The position numbers were made by a program, and so were the translations under genes. The notes below the pieces were generated by a model. It saw only the letters and a program-made list of their open reading frames with translations. It did not search any database and was not told where the DNA came from. 52,899 nt of DNA, taken from the NCBI GenBank assembly GCA_002269645.1, contig NIVC01004258.1, positions 1-52,899 of the forward strand. The letters run 5' to 3'. Below are positions 32,057-43,059 of this stretch, one piece after another (positions within the stretch are counted from its first letter, which is position 1; each line of letters begins with the position of its first letter). Source of the stretch: Macrostomum lignano. Its lineage: Eukaryota.

Positions 32057-35000
32057 ATGCGCACCACGCGGCCACTGCGCGCCCTGCTCGGCTCCCCGCT
32101 GGCGAAGCTGCAGCTGGGCGGCCTCGCCGAAGCAGCCGCTGAGATGCGCCGCCTGCAGGCCGCGCTGGACGCCCTCGAAGCCGAGGCCAGCGCCGGCGGG
32201 GGGCCGCGCGGCCACCAGCGCCACTGCAGCGTCAACAAGAAGGTGGCGCCGAGGCAGCGCCTGCGGATGCTGTTCGACGGCGGCAAGTTCTGCGAGATCA
32301 ACCGGCTGGCGGGCCACGGCATGCCCTACGGCACCGTGCCGGCTGCCGGCTCCATCACCGGTGAGCGTCCGGTAGACAGATTTGAATTGTCACTGATGGC
32401 CTCATTGTCACTGATGGCCTCATTGTCACTGATAGCCTAATTGTCACTGATAGCCTAATTGTCACTGATAGCCTCATTGTCACTGATGGCGCCATTGTCA
32501 CTGATGGCGCCATTGTCACTGATAACCTCATTGTCACTGATGGCCACATTGTCACTGATAGCCTCATTGTCACTGATGGCGCCATTGTCACTGATGGCCC
32601 CATTGTCACTGATAGCCTCATTGTCACTGATGGCCCCATTGTCACTGATAGCCTCATTGTCACTGATGGCCTCATTGTCACTGATGGCCTCACTGTCACT
32701 GATAGCCTCATTGTCACTGATAGCCTCATTGTCACTGATAGCCTCATTGTCACTGATGGCCTCACTGTCACTGATAGCCTCACTGTCACTGATGGCCTAA
32801 TCGTCACTGATAGCCTCATTGTCACTGATAGCCTCACTGTCACTGATAGCCCCATTGTCACTGATAGCCTCACTGTCACTGATAGCCCCATTGTCACTGA
32901 TAGCCTCAACTCCTATTCAAATTCCCTACAGCCTTCGGGCGCATCAGCGATCGCCTGTGCATCGCTGCAGCCAACGACGCGACAGTGAAGGGCGGCACCC
33001 TGTACCCCATCGGCGTCAAGAAGATGCTGCGCCTGCAGGAGCTCAGCGGCACCTGCCGCATCCCCATTGTCTACCTGGTGGACAGCGGCGGGGCCTTCCT
33101 ACCGCTGCAGGTACAAGCGCACACTTCGTCTTTGAGTGCTTAAGCGAGGCTTGGGAATCCTGAGCTGAGATTCCTGAAGCCTTAACACCCTGATCCCCAT
33201 ACTCCTCATTCCTGATCCCCATACTCCCCATACATGATCCCCATACTCCCCATTCCTGATCCCCATACTCCCCAGTCCTGATCCCCATACTCCCCATTCC
33301 TGATCCACATACTCCCCATTCCTGATCCCCATACTCCCCATTTCTGATCCCCACACTCCTCATTCCTGATCCCCATACTCCCCAGTCCTGATCCCCATAC
33401 TCCCCATTCCTGATCCACATACTCCCCATTCCTGATCCCCATACTCCCCATTTCTGATCCCCATACTCCCCATTCCTGATCCCCATACTCCCCAGTCCTG
33501 ATCCCCATACTCCCCATTCCTGATCCACATACTCCCCATTCCTGATCCCCATACTCCCCATTTCTGATCCCCATACTCCCCATATCTCCCCATTCCTGAT
33601 CCCCATACTCCCCATTTCTGATCCCCATACTCCCCATTCCTGATCCCCATACTCCTCATTCCTGATCCCCATACTCCCCAGTCCTGATCCCCATACTCCT
33701 CATTCCTGATCCCCATACTCCCCAGTCCTGATCCCCATACTCCCCATTCCTGATCCCCATACTCCCCATTCCTGATCCCCATACTCCCCATTCCTGATCC
33801 CCATACTCCCCATTCCTGATCCCCATACTCCCCAGTCCTGATCCCCATACTCCCCATTCCTGATCCCCATACTCCCCAGTCCTGATCCCCATACTCCCCA
33901 TTCCTGATCCCCATACTCCCCATTCCTGATCCCCATACTCCCCATTCCTGATCCCCATACTCCCCATGCCTCCCCAGTCGGAGATTTTCCCGGACGCGCA
34001 GCACGGCGGCCGCACCTTCTTCAACGAGGCGACGCTGAACGCGCGCGGCGTCGCCCAGCTGGCGCTGGTGCTCGGCTCCAGCACGGCCGGCGGCGCCTAC
34101 GTGCCGACCATGTGCGACCAGGTGGTCATGGTGGACCGCATCGGCCACGTCTTCCTGGGCGGCCCGCCGCTCGTCCAGGCCGCTCTCGGCGAAGTTGTCA
34201 GCGCGGATGAGCTCGGCGGCGCGGCGCTGCACTCGCACACAAGCGGCTGCTCCGACCACTTCGCTGGCGACGAGGCCGAAGGCTTCCGGCTGATGCGGGA
34301 GATTGCCGGCACCCTGCCGAGGCCGCCGCCGCCGCCGCCCGCTGAGCCGCCCGCCGACCCGATGTTCCCCAGCGCCGAGCTGGCCAGCCTCGGCCTCAAC
34401 CTGCTGCCGCGGGAGGGCGAGGCGCGCCGGATCGGCCTGCTGAACATCCTGGCCCGGCTGCTGGACTCCAGCCAGCTGCTCGAGTTCAAGCCCACCTTCA
34501 GCCACGGCCTCGTATGCGGCTTCGGCCGCATCTGCGGGTGAGCAACTTTCTGCCTGTCTGTCTGCCAGTCTGTGTGTCTGTCTGCCCGTCATTCAGTTCC
34601 CGCATCCCCCACCCCCAGTCGCACTGTCGGGCTGATGGGCAGCTGGACGCGGCTTGGCGAGAAGGACGCCGTCAAAGGCGCGCACTTCCTGGAGCTGTGC
34701 GGTCACCGCGGCCTCCCGCTGGTGTCGCTGGTGCACACCGAGCCGGACCTGCCCGAGCCCGCCGGCTCCGAAGCGCTCGCAGAATCGGCGGCCGCCTGCC
34801 TGCGAGCGAAGGCGCGGATGATGGCGCTGTCGGCGGCCTTCCCGCTGCCCCGGCTCAGCCTCATCGTTGGCGACGCAGCCGGCTGCGACTACTTCCTCAT
34901 GGTGAGGCGGGCTGGGGATCCCCGCTGGAATTCCTGGGAGTGGCAACCTTGATGGCCGAGGAACCGTTGCAAATCGACGCCCAGAAAATGGTTTTCAAGA

Positions 35001-35358
35001 TCTTGAAGGCTTCAGTTTTCAAGGCGAGCCACAGCTCCACACACGGAATCGAACCCCGAACCCACAGGGCGGCCGCTGCATGAGCCCGGACTTCCTGCTC
35101 GCTTGGCCGAACGGCCGCCTGTCCGAGCGGCTGGACGCGGCCGAGCCCGGCGCCGACGCCTTCAAAGCCGCAGGCCAGCTGTGGATCGATGACGTCATCA
35201 GGCCGGCCGAGACCAGACTGCAGCTGGACCGGCTGCTGCGGCTCTCCCTGCACTACAGCGGCCTGCCTGTCCACTCGGCTGGGCCGGTTGCTAAGCAGCA
35301 GCAGCCCAGCGGCTCGCGCCCCACTTACTGGCCGAGTTATCCCATCCTGCGCATGTGA
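32057..35358 (+). CDS. MCCC2-like: Biotin-dependent carboxylase carboxyltransferase beta subunit, methylcrotonoyl-CoA carboxylase beta-like paralogue; 5 exons, about 538 aa
   Basis: Exons 32057-32360, 32932-33110, 33978-34537, 34619-34901, 35068-35358; total 1617 nt, in phase. Motifs [101 protein letters not shown]. The start codon is uncertain because an acceptor lies just upstream. Confidence 0.88.
32388..32905. repeat. 18-nt minisatellite in MCCC2-like intron 1
   Basis: Unit cattgtcactgat(a/g)gcct. Confidence 0.95.
33188..33966. repeat. 22-nt minisatellite in MCCC2-like intron 2
   Basis: Unit cctgatccccatactcccca(t/g)t, running up to the acceptor. Confidence 0.95.
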
Positions 35359-35665
35359 CCTATGGAAACCTTTGCACTCGATTCGAATCGGTGCCAATTT
35401 ATCGTGCTAGTAGTATAACAAATTAATTTTACAAAGTGTTTGATTTCGCATTCAAATCTTCAACATGTAATTCGATTATATACAAAATATACGCTACAAG
35501 CCTACTTGCAGTAGAGGTTTAAGCCTAATTTTGAAATTAATTTGATTTAAAGTAACATTGAGACTTTGTTGGGATACGATTGTCCACCAATTTCCAGTTG
35601 AAACCCGGTTAAACTGACCAGAGGCTTAAAAGATTTTTCACACTTGAGCTTTGCACTGAGTTAAT

Positions 35666-35671
35666 AAATAA
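35666..35671 (+). terminator. Candidate poly(A) signal of the MCCC2-like gene
   Basis: AATAAA about 310 nt after the stop codon. Confidence 0.4.
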
Positions 35672-36154
35672 AAATAGCAGTGCAACAAAGCAGTTTCATT
35701 ATTGAAGCTAGTGTTACACAGCTCTACAGTATGAACAGGTGCAACCGCGATGGCTTAGCATGGTGATTACGCAGAGTGCTAATAAGCATATATATGTATA
35801 TATATAGACACTCGCAAAGACACCGGCACCAGCCTACTTTTAGTAGTAAGCCACGCCAAGTATGAAACAGCGGGTTTTGTTGTATATGGTGAATAAATAT
35901 AGCCACAATAAATACACTTACAGTTAGTTAGTTATTAGTTACAGTTAGTTATTAATTAATTACAATGCATATTCATATATGCAAGCTAAAACAGTAGACT
36001 TACTTTAACATGATAAATAAAAATGCACAACATCAAAGCAGCGAGAACAGAACCCATGTCGCCGGGTTGAACAAAGGAGGTGCAAATACAAAATATGCGG
36101 ATGTGACTGCAGCAATGCGTTATGGCCAATAATGTTGCTTTGCGAAACTTATGC

Positions 36155-36338
36155 GGATCTGGGATGCCAGACACCCAATCTGAGGATCTGGGATGCCAGA
36201 CACCCAATCTGAGGATCTGGGATGCCAGACACCCAATCTGAGGATCTGGGATGCCAGACACCCAATCCGAGGATCTGGGATGCCAGAGATCCTATCTGAG
36301 GATCTGGGATTCCAGACACCCAATCCGAGGATCTGGGA
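36155..36338. repeat. 29-nt minisatellite just downstream of the zinc-finger stop codon
   Basis: Unit gaggatctgggatgccagacacccaatct, about 6 copies. Confidence 0.93.
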
Positions 36339-36379
36339 GTCACAAAAGCCAGTCACCATTAACCTCAGTGCCGGCGTAC

Positions 36380-39300
36380 TCAGCCGTCCGAGATGGTGAC
36401 GGTCAGGCGAGGCTTCGGCTCGTCGCTAGCCGATGGGGCGGCAGCGGCCGTGGCAGGCGGAGACTGGGACTGCTGCTGCTGCTGCTGATGGTCCGCGTGC
36501 TCGGTCAGGTGGGCGTGTAGCTGGGCCAGGTCGGCCGAGATGAAGTCGCACTGGTCGCAGGAGAATAGGGTCTCCGTGTCCGGGTCGGCCGGCCTGTGCC
36601 CGCCCAGCAGGGCGTCCTCCTCCTCCGGGTACTCATCCTCGGCCTCCTCGTCAGCATCGGCGCCGCCGTGATGGCGCGGCTGCTGCTGCTGCTGGTGGCG
36701 GGAGCTCTGGCCCGGCCGGCTGTGGTATTTTTCCAGGTGGACGGCCAGAATGTCCGCGTTCTCAAAGTACCTGTTGCAGATCTGGCACTGCAGATATTGA
36801 TGGGGCAGCGGGGATCGGATTGGACATTGTTATTCTTAGAGCGGTTAGAATTCATTTAATGCTCTGTGGCTAAAACGACCTAGCGATTGAAATTATAAGA
36901 AACCTCCGCGGTGGGGATTCTAAGAAACCTCCACAGTTGGGGATTCTACGAAACCTCCACGGTTGGGGATTCTAAGAAACCTCCACAGTTAGGGATTCTA
37001 AGAAACCTTCGCGGTTAGGATTCTAAGAAACCTCCACGGTTGGGGATTCTAAGAAACCTCCACGGTTGGGGATTCTAAGAAACCTCCACAGTTGGGGATT
37101 CTAAGAAACCTTCGCGGTTAGGATTCTAAGAAACCTCCACGGTTGGGGATTCTAAGAAACCTCCACGGTTGGGGATTCTAAGAAACCTCCACGGTTGGGG
37201 ATTCTAAGAAACCTCCACAGTTAGGGATTCTAAGAAACCTTCGCGGTTAGGATTCTAAGAAACCTCCACGGTTGGGGATTCTAAGAAACCTCCACGGTTG
37301 GGGATTCTAAGAAACCTCCACAGTTGGGGATTCTAAGAAACCTTCGCGGTTAGGATTCTAAGAAACCTCCACGATTGGGGATTCTAAGAAACCTCCACGG
37401 TTGGGGATTCTAAGAAACCTCCACGGTTGGGGATTCTAAGAAACCTCCATGGTTGGGGATTCTAAGAAACCTCCACAGTTGGGGATTCTAAGAAACCTTC
37501 GCGGTTAGGATTCTAAGAAACCTCCACGGTTGGGGATTCTAAGAAACCTCCACGGTTGGGGATTCTAAGAAACCTCAACGGTTGGGGATTCTAAGAAACC
37601 TCCACAGTTGGGGATTCTAAGAAACCTTCGCGGTTAGGATTCTAAGAAACCTCCACGGTTGGGGATTCTAAGAAACCTCCACGGTTGGGGATTCTAAGAA
37701 ACCTCCACGGTTGGGGATTCTAAGAAACCTCCACGGTTGGGGATTCTAAGAAACCTCCACGGTTGGGGATTCTAAGAAACCTCCACGGTTGGGGATTCTA
37801 AGAAACCTCCACGGTTGGGGATTCTAAGAAACCTCCACAGTTGGGGATTTTACGAAAACATTCCGCGTTTTAAGCTTTTTAGTTTTCGGGGAGAGAAGTA
37901 AATGTCTTGCAATATTGTTTTCGATTTTCTCTGAGTGAGCAAGTTATATTCTAATATATTGTACATGTACATCTTGGGTTGCATAATTTATGTACGTCGT
38001 ATTGTTCACTTGCAGAACCTCAAATATATAAGTAGCTAATTTGGCCATTTTGGGTCCCACGTTTTCTCGTCAGCTTAAATCGCAGTCTTCAGATTTTACA
38101 GCGGTTAGGGCTCTAAGAAACCTCCACGGTTTGGATTCTACGAAACCCTCGCGGTTAGGATTCTAAGAAACCTCCACGATCATGATTCTAAGAAACCATC
38201 GCAGCTGATATTCTAAGAAACCTCCACGATTGGGATTCTAAGAAACCCTCACAGCTGATATTCTAAGAAAATTCCACGATTAGGATTCTAAGAAACCTCC
38301 ACGATTGGGATTCTAAGAAACCCTCACAGCTGATATTCTCTAAGAAAATTCCACGATTAGGATTCTAAGAAACCTCCACGATTGGGATTCTAAGAAACCC
38401 TTACAGCTGATATTCTAAGAAACCACGATTGGGATTCTAAGAAGCCATCACAGCCGAGATTCTAAGAAACCCTCACAGCCGAGATTCTAAGAAACCTCCA
38501 CGGTTTGGAATTTTACGAAAACATCAAGATATCTTGCCAAAGAAACACTCCGGGTTTATTATTATTGAAAGACACTTCAGTTTCTACTTTCAGTGGCTAA
38601 TGAGCGCAGCGCTCACCTTAAAGCAGGCGCTATTGGCGTACCGCGGCCTGGTCTTGGCCTTCTGCACCCTGGCCAGCTCAACATTGTGCACGAAGCGCGT
38701 GTGCTTGAGCATGTAGGACCGGTCTCCGAACCGGCAGCCGCAGAACGGGCACTGGTGCGGCCGCTCACCCGTATGCACCGGGATGTGCCGGCGCAGGTTG
38801 GAGGCGGTGGGGAACCGCTTGCCGCAGTAGTCGCACTCGTACTCGGTGCTGGCCCCGCTGGCCTCGGCGGCCCTGCCAGGCCCGCCAGCTGCCGGTTGCA
38901 GGCTGCGGCCGCCGCCGAAAACTTCCTGACCGGCGGCTTCGTCTGTGAGGCGGCGCAGGTCCAGGCGAACGCTGTTGGGCCGGTAGGTGGTGACGATCTT
39001 CCTGCGGTACTGCTGGTAGTTCGACTCCGTCAGCTCGTACCGGTGCACCCGGATGTGCTTCAGCAGCTCCAGCACCTGGGCGGGCAGGTCCGCGATTGAC
39101 ATTGAGACTGGGGTATCTGCTAGATGGGACTGTAATCTGCTAAATGGAACTGAGGGATCTGCTAGATGGGACTGGGGGATCTGCTAGATGGCACTGGGCG
39201 AACACATCGAAGCAAGGCTCCCTGATTAGCCAGAAGCACACCTGGTGGAACCTGGCATCGCAAATCTCGCACTCCAGCTCCTCGGCGCTCTCCATCTCGT

Positions 39301-39733
39301 ACTCCTCTTCGTCGTCAAAGTCGGCCTCTTCGACGCCAGGCCGAGGCGCGCGCCGGCGAGCCGCGCCGCCAGCCTCCTGGACGGAGAAGTCGCCGTCATC
39401 ATCGTCCCCGACCATCCCCTCCTCCTCATCCTCCTCTACAAGGGCGGGCCGGGGAGCCTCCGGGTTCGGCAGGTGCGGCGGCGACATCTGGCCGAGCTCG
39501 GCCGGCGGGCTGGCGGCCGAAGGCAGCGGCTCGTCGGGCTCGTCCAGGCACCGCGGCTGGGAATCAGCGGCGGCGTCGTCGGCCTCAGGCTGGCAGCCGC
39601 CGGCCGTATGCCGCTGAAAGATGTAGTTGCTCTCCTTGCGGTGGTAGCGGGCGTGCAGGATGAGGATGTAGTGGCTCCTGAACTGCTTGCCGCAGTCCTC
39701 GCAGGCGATTAGCGGCGACTTTCGTGCCGGCAT
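36380..39733 (-). CDS. C2H2 zinc-finger protein (six fingers), at least 3 coding exons, 452 aa
   Basis: Exons 39733-39242, 39075-38617, 36787-36380; total 1359 nt. Fingers CEDC..HARYH, CEIC/..HIRVH (split by intron 1), CDYC..HIPVH-TGERP-CPFC..HTRFVH, FK/CQIC..HLEKYH (across intron 2), CDQC..HLTEH. An acceptor 11 nt upstream of the ATG means further 5' exons are possible. Confidence 0.9.
36890..37856. repeat. 26-nt minisatellite with higher-order structure in zinc-finger intron 2
   Basis: Unit aaacctccacggttggggattctaag; the variant ttcgcggttagg recurs every 103-155 nt. Confidence 0.95.
38100..38522. repeat. Degenerate second block of the same 26-nt minisatellite
   Basis: The gattctaagaaacc core is retained, and the block ends with the same tttacgaaaaca tail as the first block. 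Confidence 0.88.
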
Positions 39734-39779
39734 TGCGGGCGGAGCTGCGGAAGGCGGGACCGGCAGATATAGAAGCTAT

Positions 39780-41372
39780 ACATGATGTAAATGAAGCTAT
39801 ACATGAAGCTAGACATGGTGGCTCTTAAATGTTTGATATGGTGGCTCTTAAATGTTTGACATGGTGGCTCCTAAATGTTTGACATGGTGGCTCTTTAATG
39901 TTCTACATGATGGCTCTTTTATGTTCGACATGGGGACTCTTTAATGTTCTTCATGGTGGCTCTTTAATATTCTACATGATGGCTCTTTTATGTTCGACAT
40001 GGGGACTCTTTAATGTTATTCATGGTGGCTCTTTAATATTCTACATGATGGCTCTTTTATGTTCGACATGGGGACTCTTTAATGTTCGACATGGTGGCTT
40101 TTTAATGTTCTTCATGGTATAGCTCTTTTATGTTCGAAATGGTGGCTTTTTATTGTTTGACATAAAGTCACATATGTTTGACATGGTGGCTCTTAAATGT
40201 TTGATATGGTGGCTCTTAAATGTTTGACATGGTGGCTCCTAAATGTTTGACATGGTGGCTCTTTTATGTTCGACATGGTGGCTCTTTAATGTTTGACATG
40301 GTGGCTCTTTATTGTTCAACATAGTGGCTCTTTATTGTTTGACACAGAGTCATGATTATGTTTTACATGGTGGCTCTTTTGTGTTTTACATGGTGGCTCT
40401 TTAATGTTTGACATGGTGACTCTTGTATGTTTGACATGGTGGTTCTTTAATGTTCAATATGGTTGCTTTTTAATATTTGACATGTTGACATGGTGACTCT
40501 TGTATGTTTGACATGGTGGCTCTTTTATCTTCGATATGGTTGCTTTTTAATGTTCTTCATGGTATGGCTCTTTTATGTTTGACATGGTGGCACTTTAATG
40601 TTTGATGTGGTGGCTCTTTAATGTTCAAAATGGTGACTCTTTTATGTTTTACATGGTGGCTCTTTAATGTTTGACATAGAGTCACGTATATGTTTTACAT
40701 GGTGCCCATGTAATGTTTGACATGGTGCCTCTTTTATGTTTGACATTGTGCTTTTTTATGTTTAGCAGTTTCGTGTTTTCAAGGTGTTTTAATAAAAAAA
40801 TTATTTTGCACTACTAAGATTCAAACCCAGGTCGCTACGTTGGCAGTCCAGTCTGTTCGTATCTAGGCTATCTCTTTTCAATTGGAGTACATGAATTGTG
40901 GTCCTTATAATTCAATTCTTACAGCAAGTCAATTAAAGTAAAAAGTTATGACATAATCAATTTCTCAGTCAGCCAGTATCAGTCTCAGTTCAAGTTAGCA
41001 ATATTGGTTACGCAATTTAAATCAAGTCGTGTGTGCATTTCTTCGACACTGTTTTCAACTTGTTGTGATTGTGATGCAATCTTTATCAGAATTGAAATTC
41101 AGTCATTCAGGTTTTTCTCTAGCATTCTTACAATGCATTTCAAGTCAAAAAATTTTCTTGAGCTTTGCAAAAAAGCATGTTTTTCGAATATTTAATCCCT
41201 TTAACATTGAGCAATTTCTTAGCCAAGATGCATGTACCGTCCCAGGAAAATTTCTGATCGAATGGTGCAAGTTTGAAAAAAATCGGTTGAGCCAATTTTT
41301 CTGAAATCAATTGCATACCCATATACATACATACATACATACATACAGACAACTCATTTTTAGTATATAGGA
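39780..41372 (-). mobile_element. Non-autonomous Helitron-like element, copy C (3' end not recognisable), with an internal 23-nt minisatellite
   Basis: 5' end TCCTATATACTAAAAATGAGTTGTCTGT(ATGT)n at 41372 (minus). About 600 bp is homologous to 45990-46584 and partly to 42500-42774. A 23-nt array atggtggctctt(a/t)aatgtttgac occupies ~39790-40750. Confidence 0.7.
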
Positions 41373-41399
41373 TTTTGATTTGATTTTTAGTATATTGGA

Positions 41400-41560
41400 T
41401 GGATAAGTTATGACATAATCAATTTCTCAGTCAGCCAATATTAGTCTCAATTCAAGTTAGGCCTAGTTATGCAATTTAAATCAGGTCATGTGTGAATTTC
41501 TTTGGCACTGTTTTCAACTTGTTGTGATGCAATCTTTATCAGAATTGAAATTCAGTCTGT
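41400..41560. repeat. Partial duplicate of the Helitron-like internal segment 40945-41105
   Basis: aagttatgacataatcaatttctcagtcagcc...gaattgaaattcagtc is repeated. Confidence 0.8.
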
Positions 41561-42499
41561 GGCAGTGGGGTTGCCACCGTTTAATAATTATATTTTAATA
41601 ATTTTTATTTTTGAATGCGTGCCAGTATTTTTTTTTCGTGAATACCAACCTGTGCGGCCAATCATTGTAATATGACCTCACCCCTCCTTTTGTGGGCCCT
41701 AGGAGTGGACCCACTGTTGCTATTCGTTTTCCGATTGTTGGTTAACAGTCTTTTCACTGATTGGAATTTAAGCGATTCTATATATGTTTCGGTTATAATT
41801 TTCCAATAACCATTGCATGGCCCCCTTGTTGGTTCATTTTTGCCTCATGCATTGGTTGTTACCTTACTATTTGCTTATATAACTACTCATGCTCAGTTGT
41901 CTCTCTCTACTCCTTCCTTTCTAGCCTTTTGGAAATCTCTCCCCACTATCTTGCTAGTTTATTAGCGCACCAGCACCAGTGAAGTCATCCGTCAATAAAT
42001 TTTACTTTAATCCAAAATTAACCTGCAAAAACTAATAATAATATTTGCTTTAATAAATAACGACAATTTAACATTTAATATTTTTTCCGTTGACTTAAGC
42101 CATAGCCTATCTTGAATCCTTTGCCTGTGGGGCATAAAACAACCAATCAGTCTCATCTAAAGAAAGCTCTGAGACCATTAAACGTTCCGTAATACGTAAA
42201 TTACGGTGGTGGCAGCATCTACCCTACTGACAGTAACAAGCTCAGCAAACCGACAAAAGATTACTACGGTGTCAAATCTACCCCGGTGTTTCTACAACTG
42301 AACGACTGTGCCGCTCTACGACCGCTCCGCTACAATTACAACTACCCTCCCCCCGGACTTGAGAACCTGGCAGTTGGAGTAAAGGAGAAGAATTTTGTTG
42401 TGATTTGTCTGTGCGATTTTCCGGTTTTATTCGTGCAAACGCAACGCTACCGGTTTTCGAAGAATTACCGGCCGACCTCCAATTTCAAATCTTGTTAAA

Positions 42500-42774
42500 T
42501 CTTCTCCACCTTTACCTCACAGTCAATCAGGTTTTTCTTTAGCATTTTTACAATGCATTTCAAGTAAAAAATTCTGTTTGACCTTTGCAAAAAAGCATAG
42601 TTTTTTTTTATATTTAATCCCTTTAACATTGAGCAATTTTTTAGCCAAGATGCATGTACTGTCCCAGAAAAATTTCTGATCAAATGGTGAAAGTTTGAAA
42701 AAAATCAATTGAGCCCTTTTTTCTGAAATTAATCTCACTCACACATACAGACAACTCATTTTTAGTATATAGGA
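42500..42774 (-). mobile_element. Helitron-like element, copy B (5' fragment)
   Basis: Same 5' terminal ~275 bp as copies A and C; its TC start abuts the CTAG end of copy A. Confidence 0.72.
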
Positions 42775-42997
42775 CTAGCAATCTACGCCCCCCGTTGGGG
42801 AGCCAAAGAAATGCAATACACGTTTTTTTAATAAGCTACATGTATCCTTGAAATCTTAAAAAATCTCCTGTCAAACCTTGTAAGCCTTGACATGTCAGTA
42901 ATTCCCCCCCACAAGCTTTAACATATCAACTTCCCCCCTTGACATCTCAGCAATGCCCCCAATAAGCCTTGGAAATCTAAAAATATCTGTCAACCTT

Positions 42998-43059
42998 CTA
43001 ACCCTAACCCTAGCCTAACCCTAACCCTAACCCTAACCATAACCCTAACCTAACCCTAA
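42998..43059. repeat. Interstitial telomere-type (CCCTAA)n tract; a degenerate second tract at 43444-43490
   Basis: taaccctaaccctagcctaaccctaaccctaaccctaaccataaccctaacc. Confidence 0.9.

Noticed and set aside
29296-34592. ORFs with THSSHTA, LSVC, RLSVTM and GEYGDQEWG repeats
   Set aside because: Translations of intronic microsatellites and minisatellites in BRAP and the MCCC2-like gene.
16940-38522. Regularly spaced direct repeats resembling CRISPR arrays
   Set aside because: Units are contiguous with no unique spacers, they lie in spliceosomal introns of a eukaryote, and there are no cas genes.
41563-42230. Possible hAT-like element (cagtggggttgccaccgt ... acggtggtggcagcatctaccctactg)
   Set aside because: The inverted match needs several gaps and no TSD was found.
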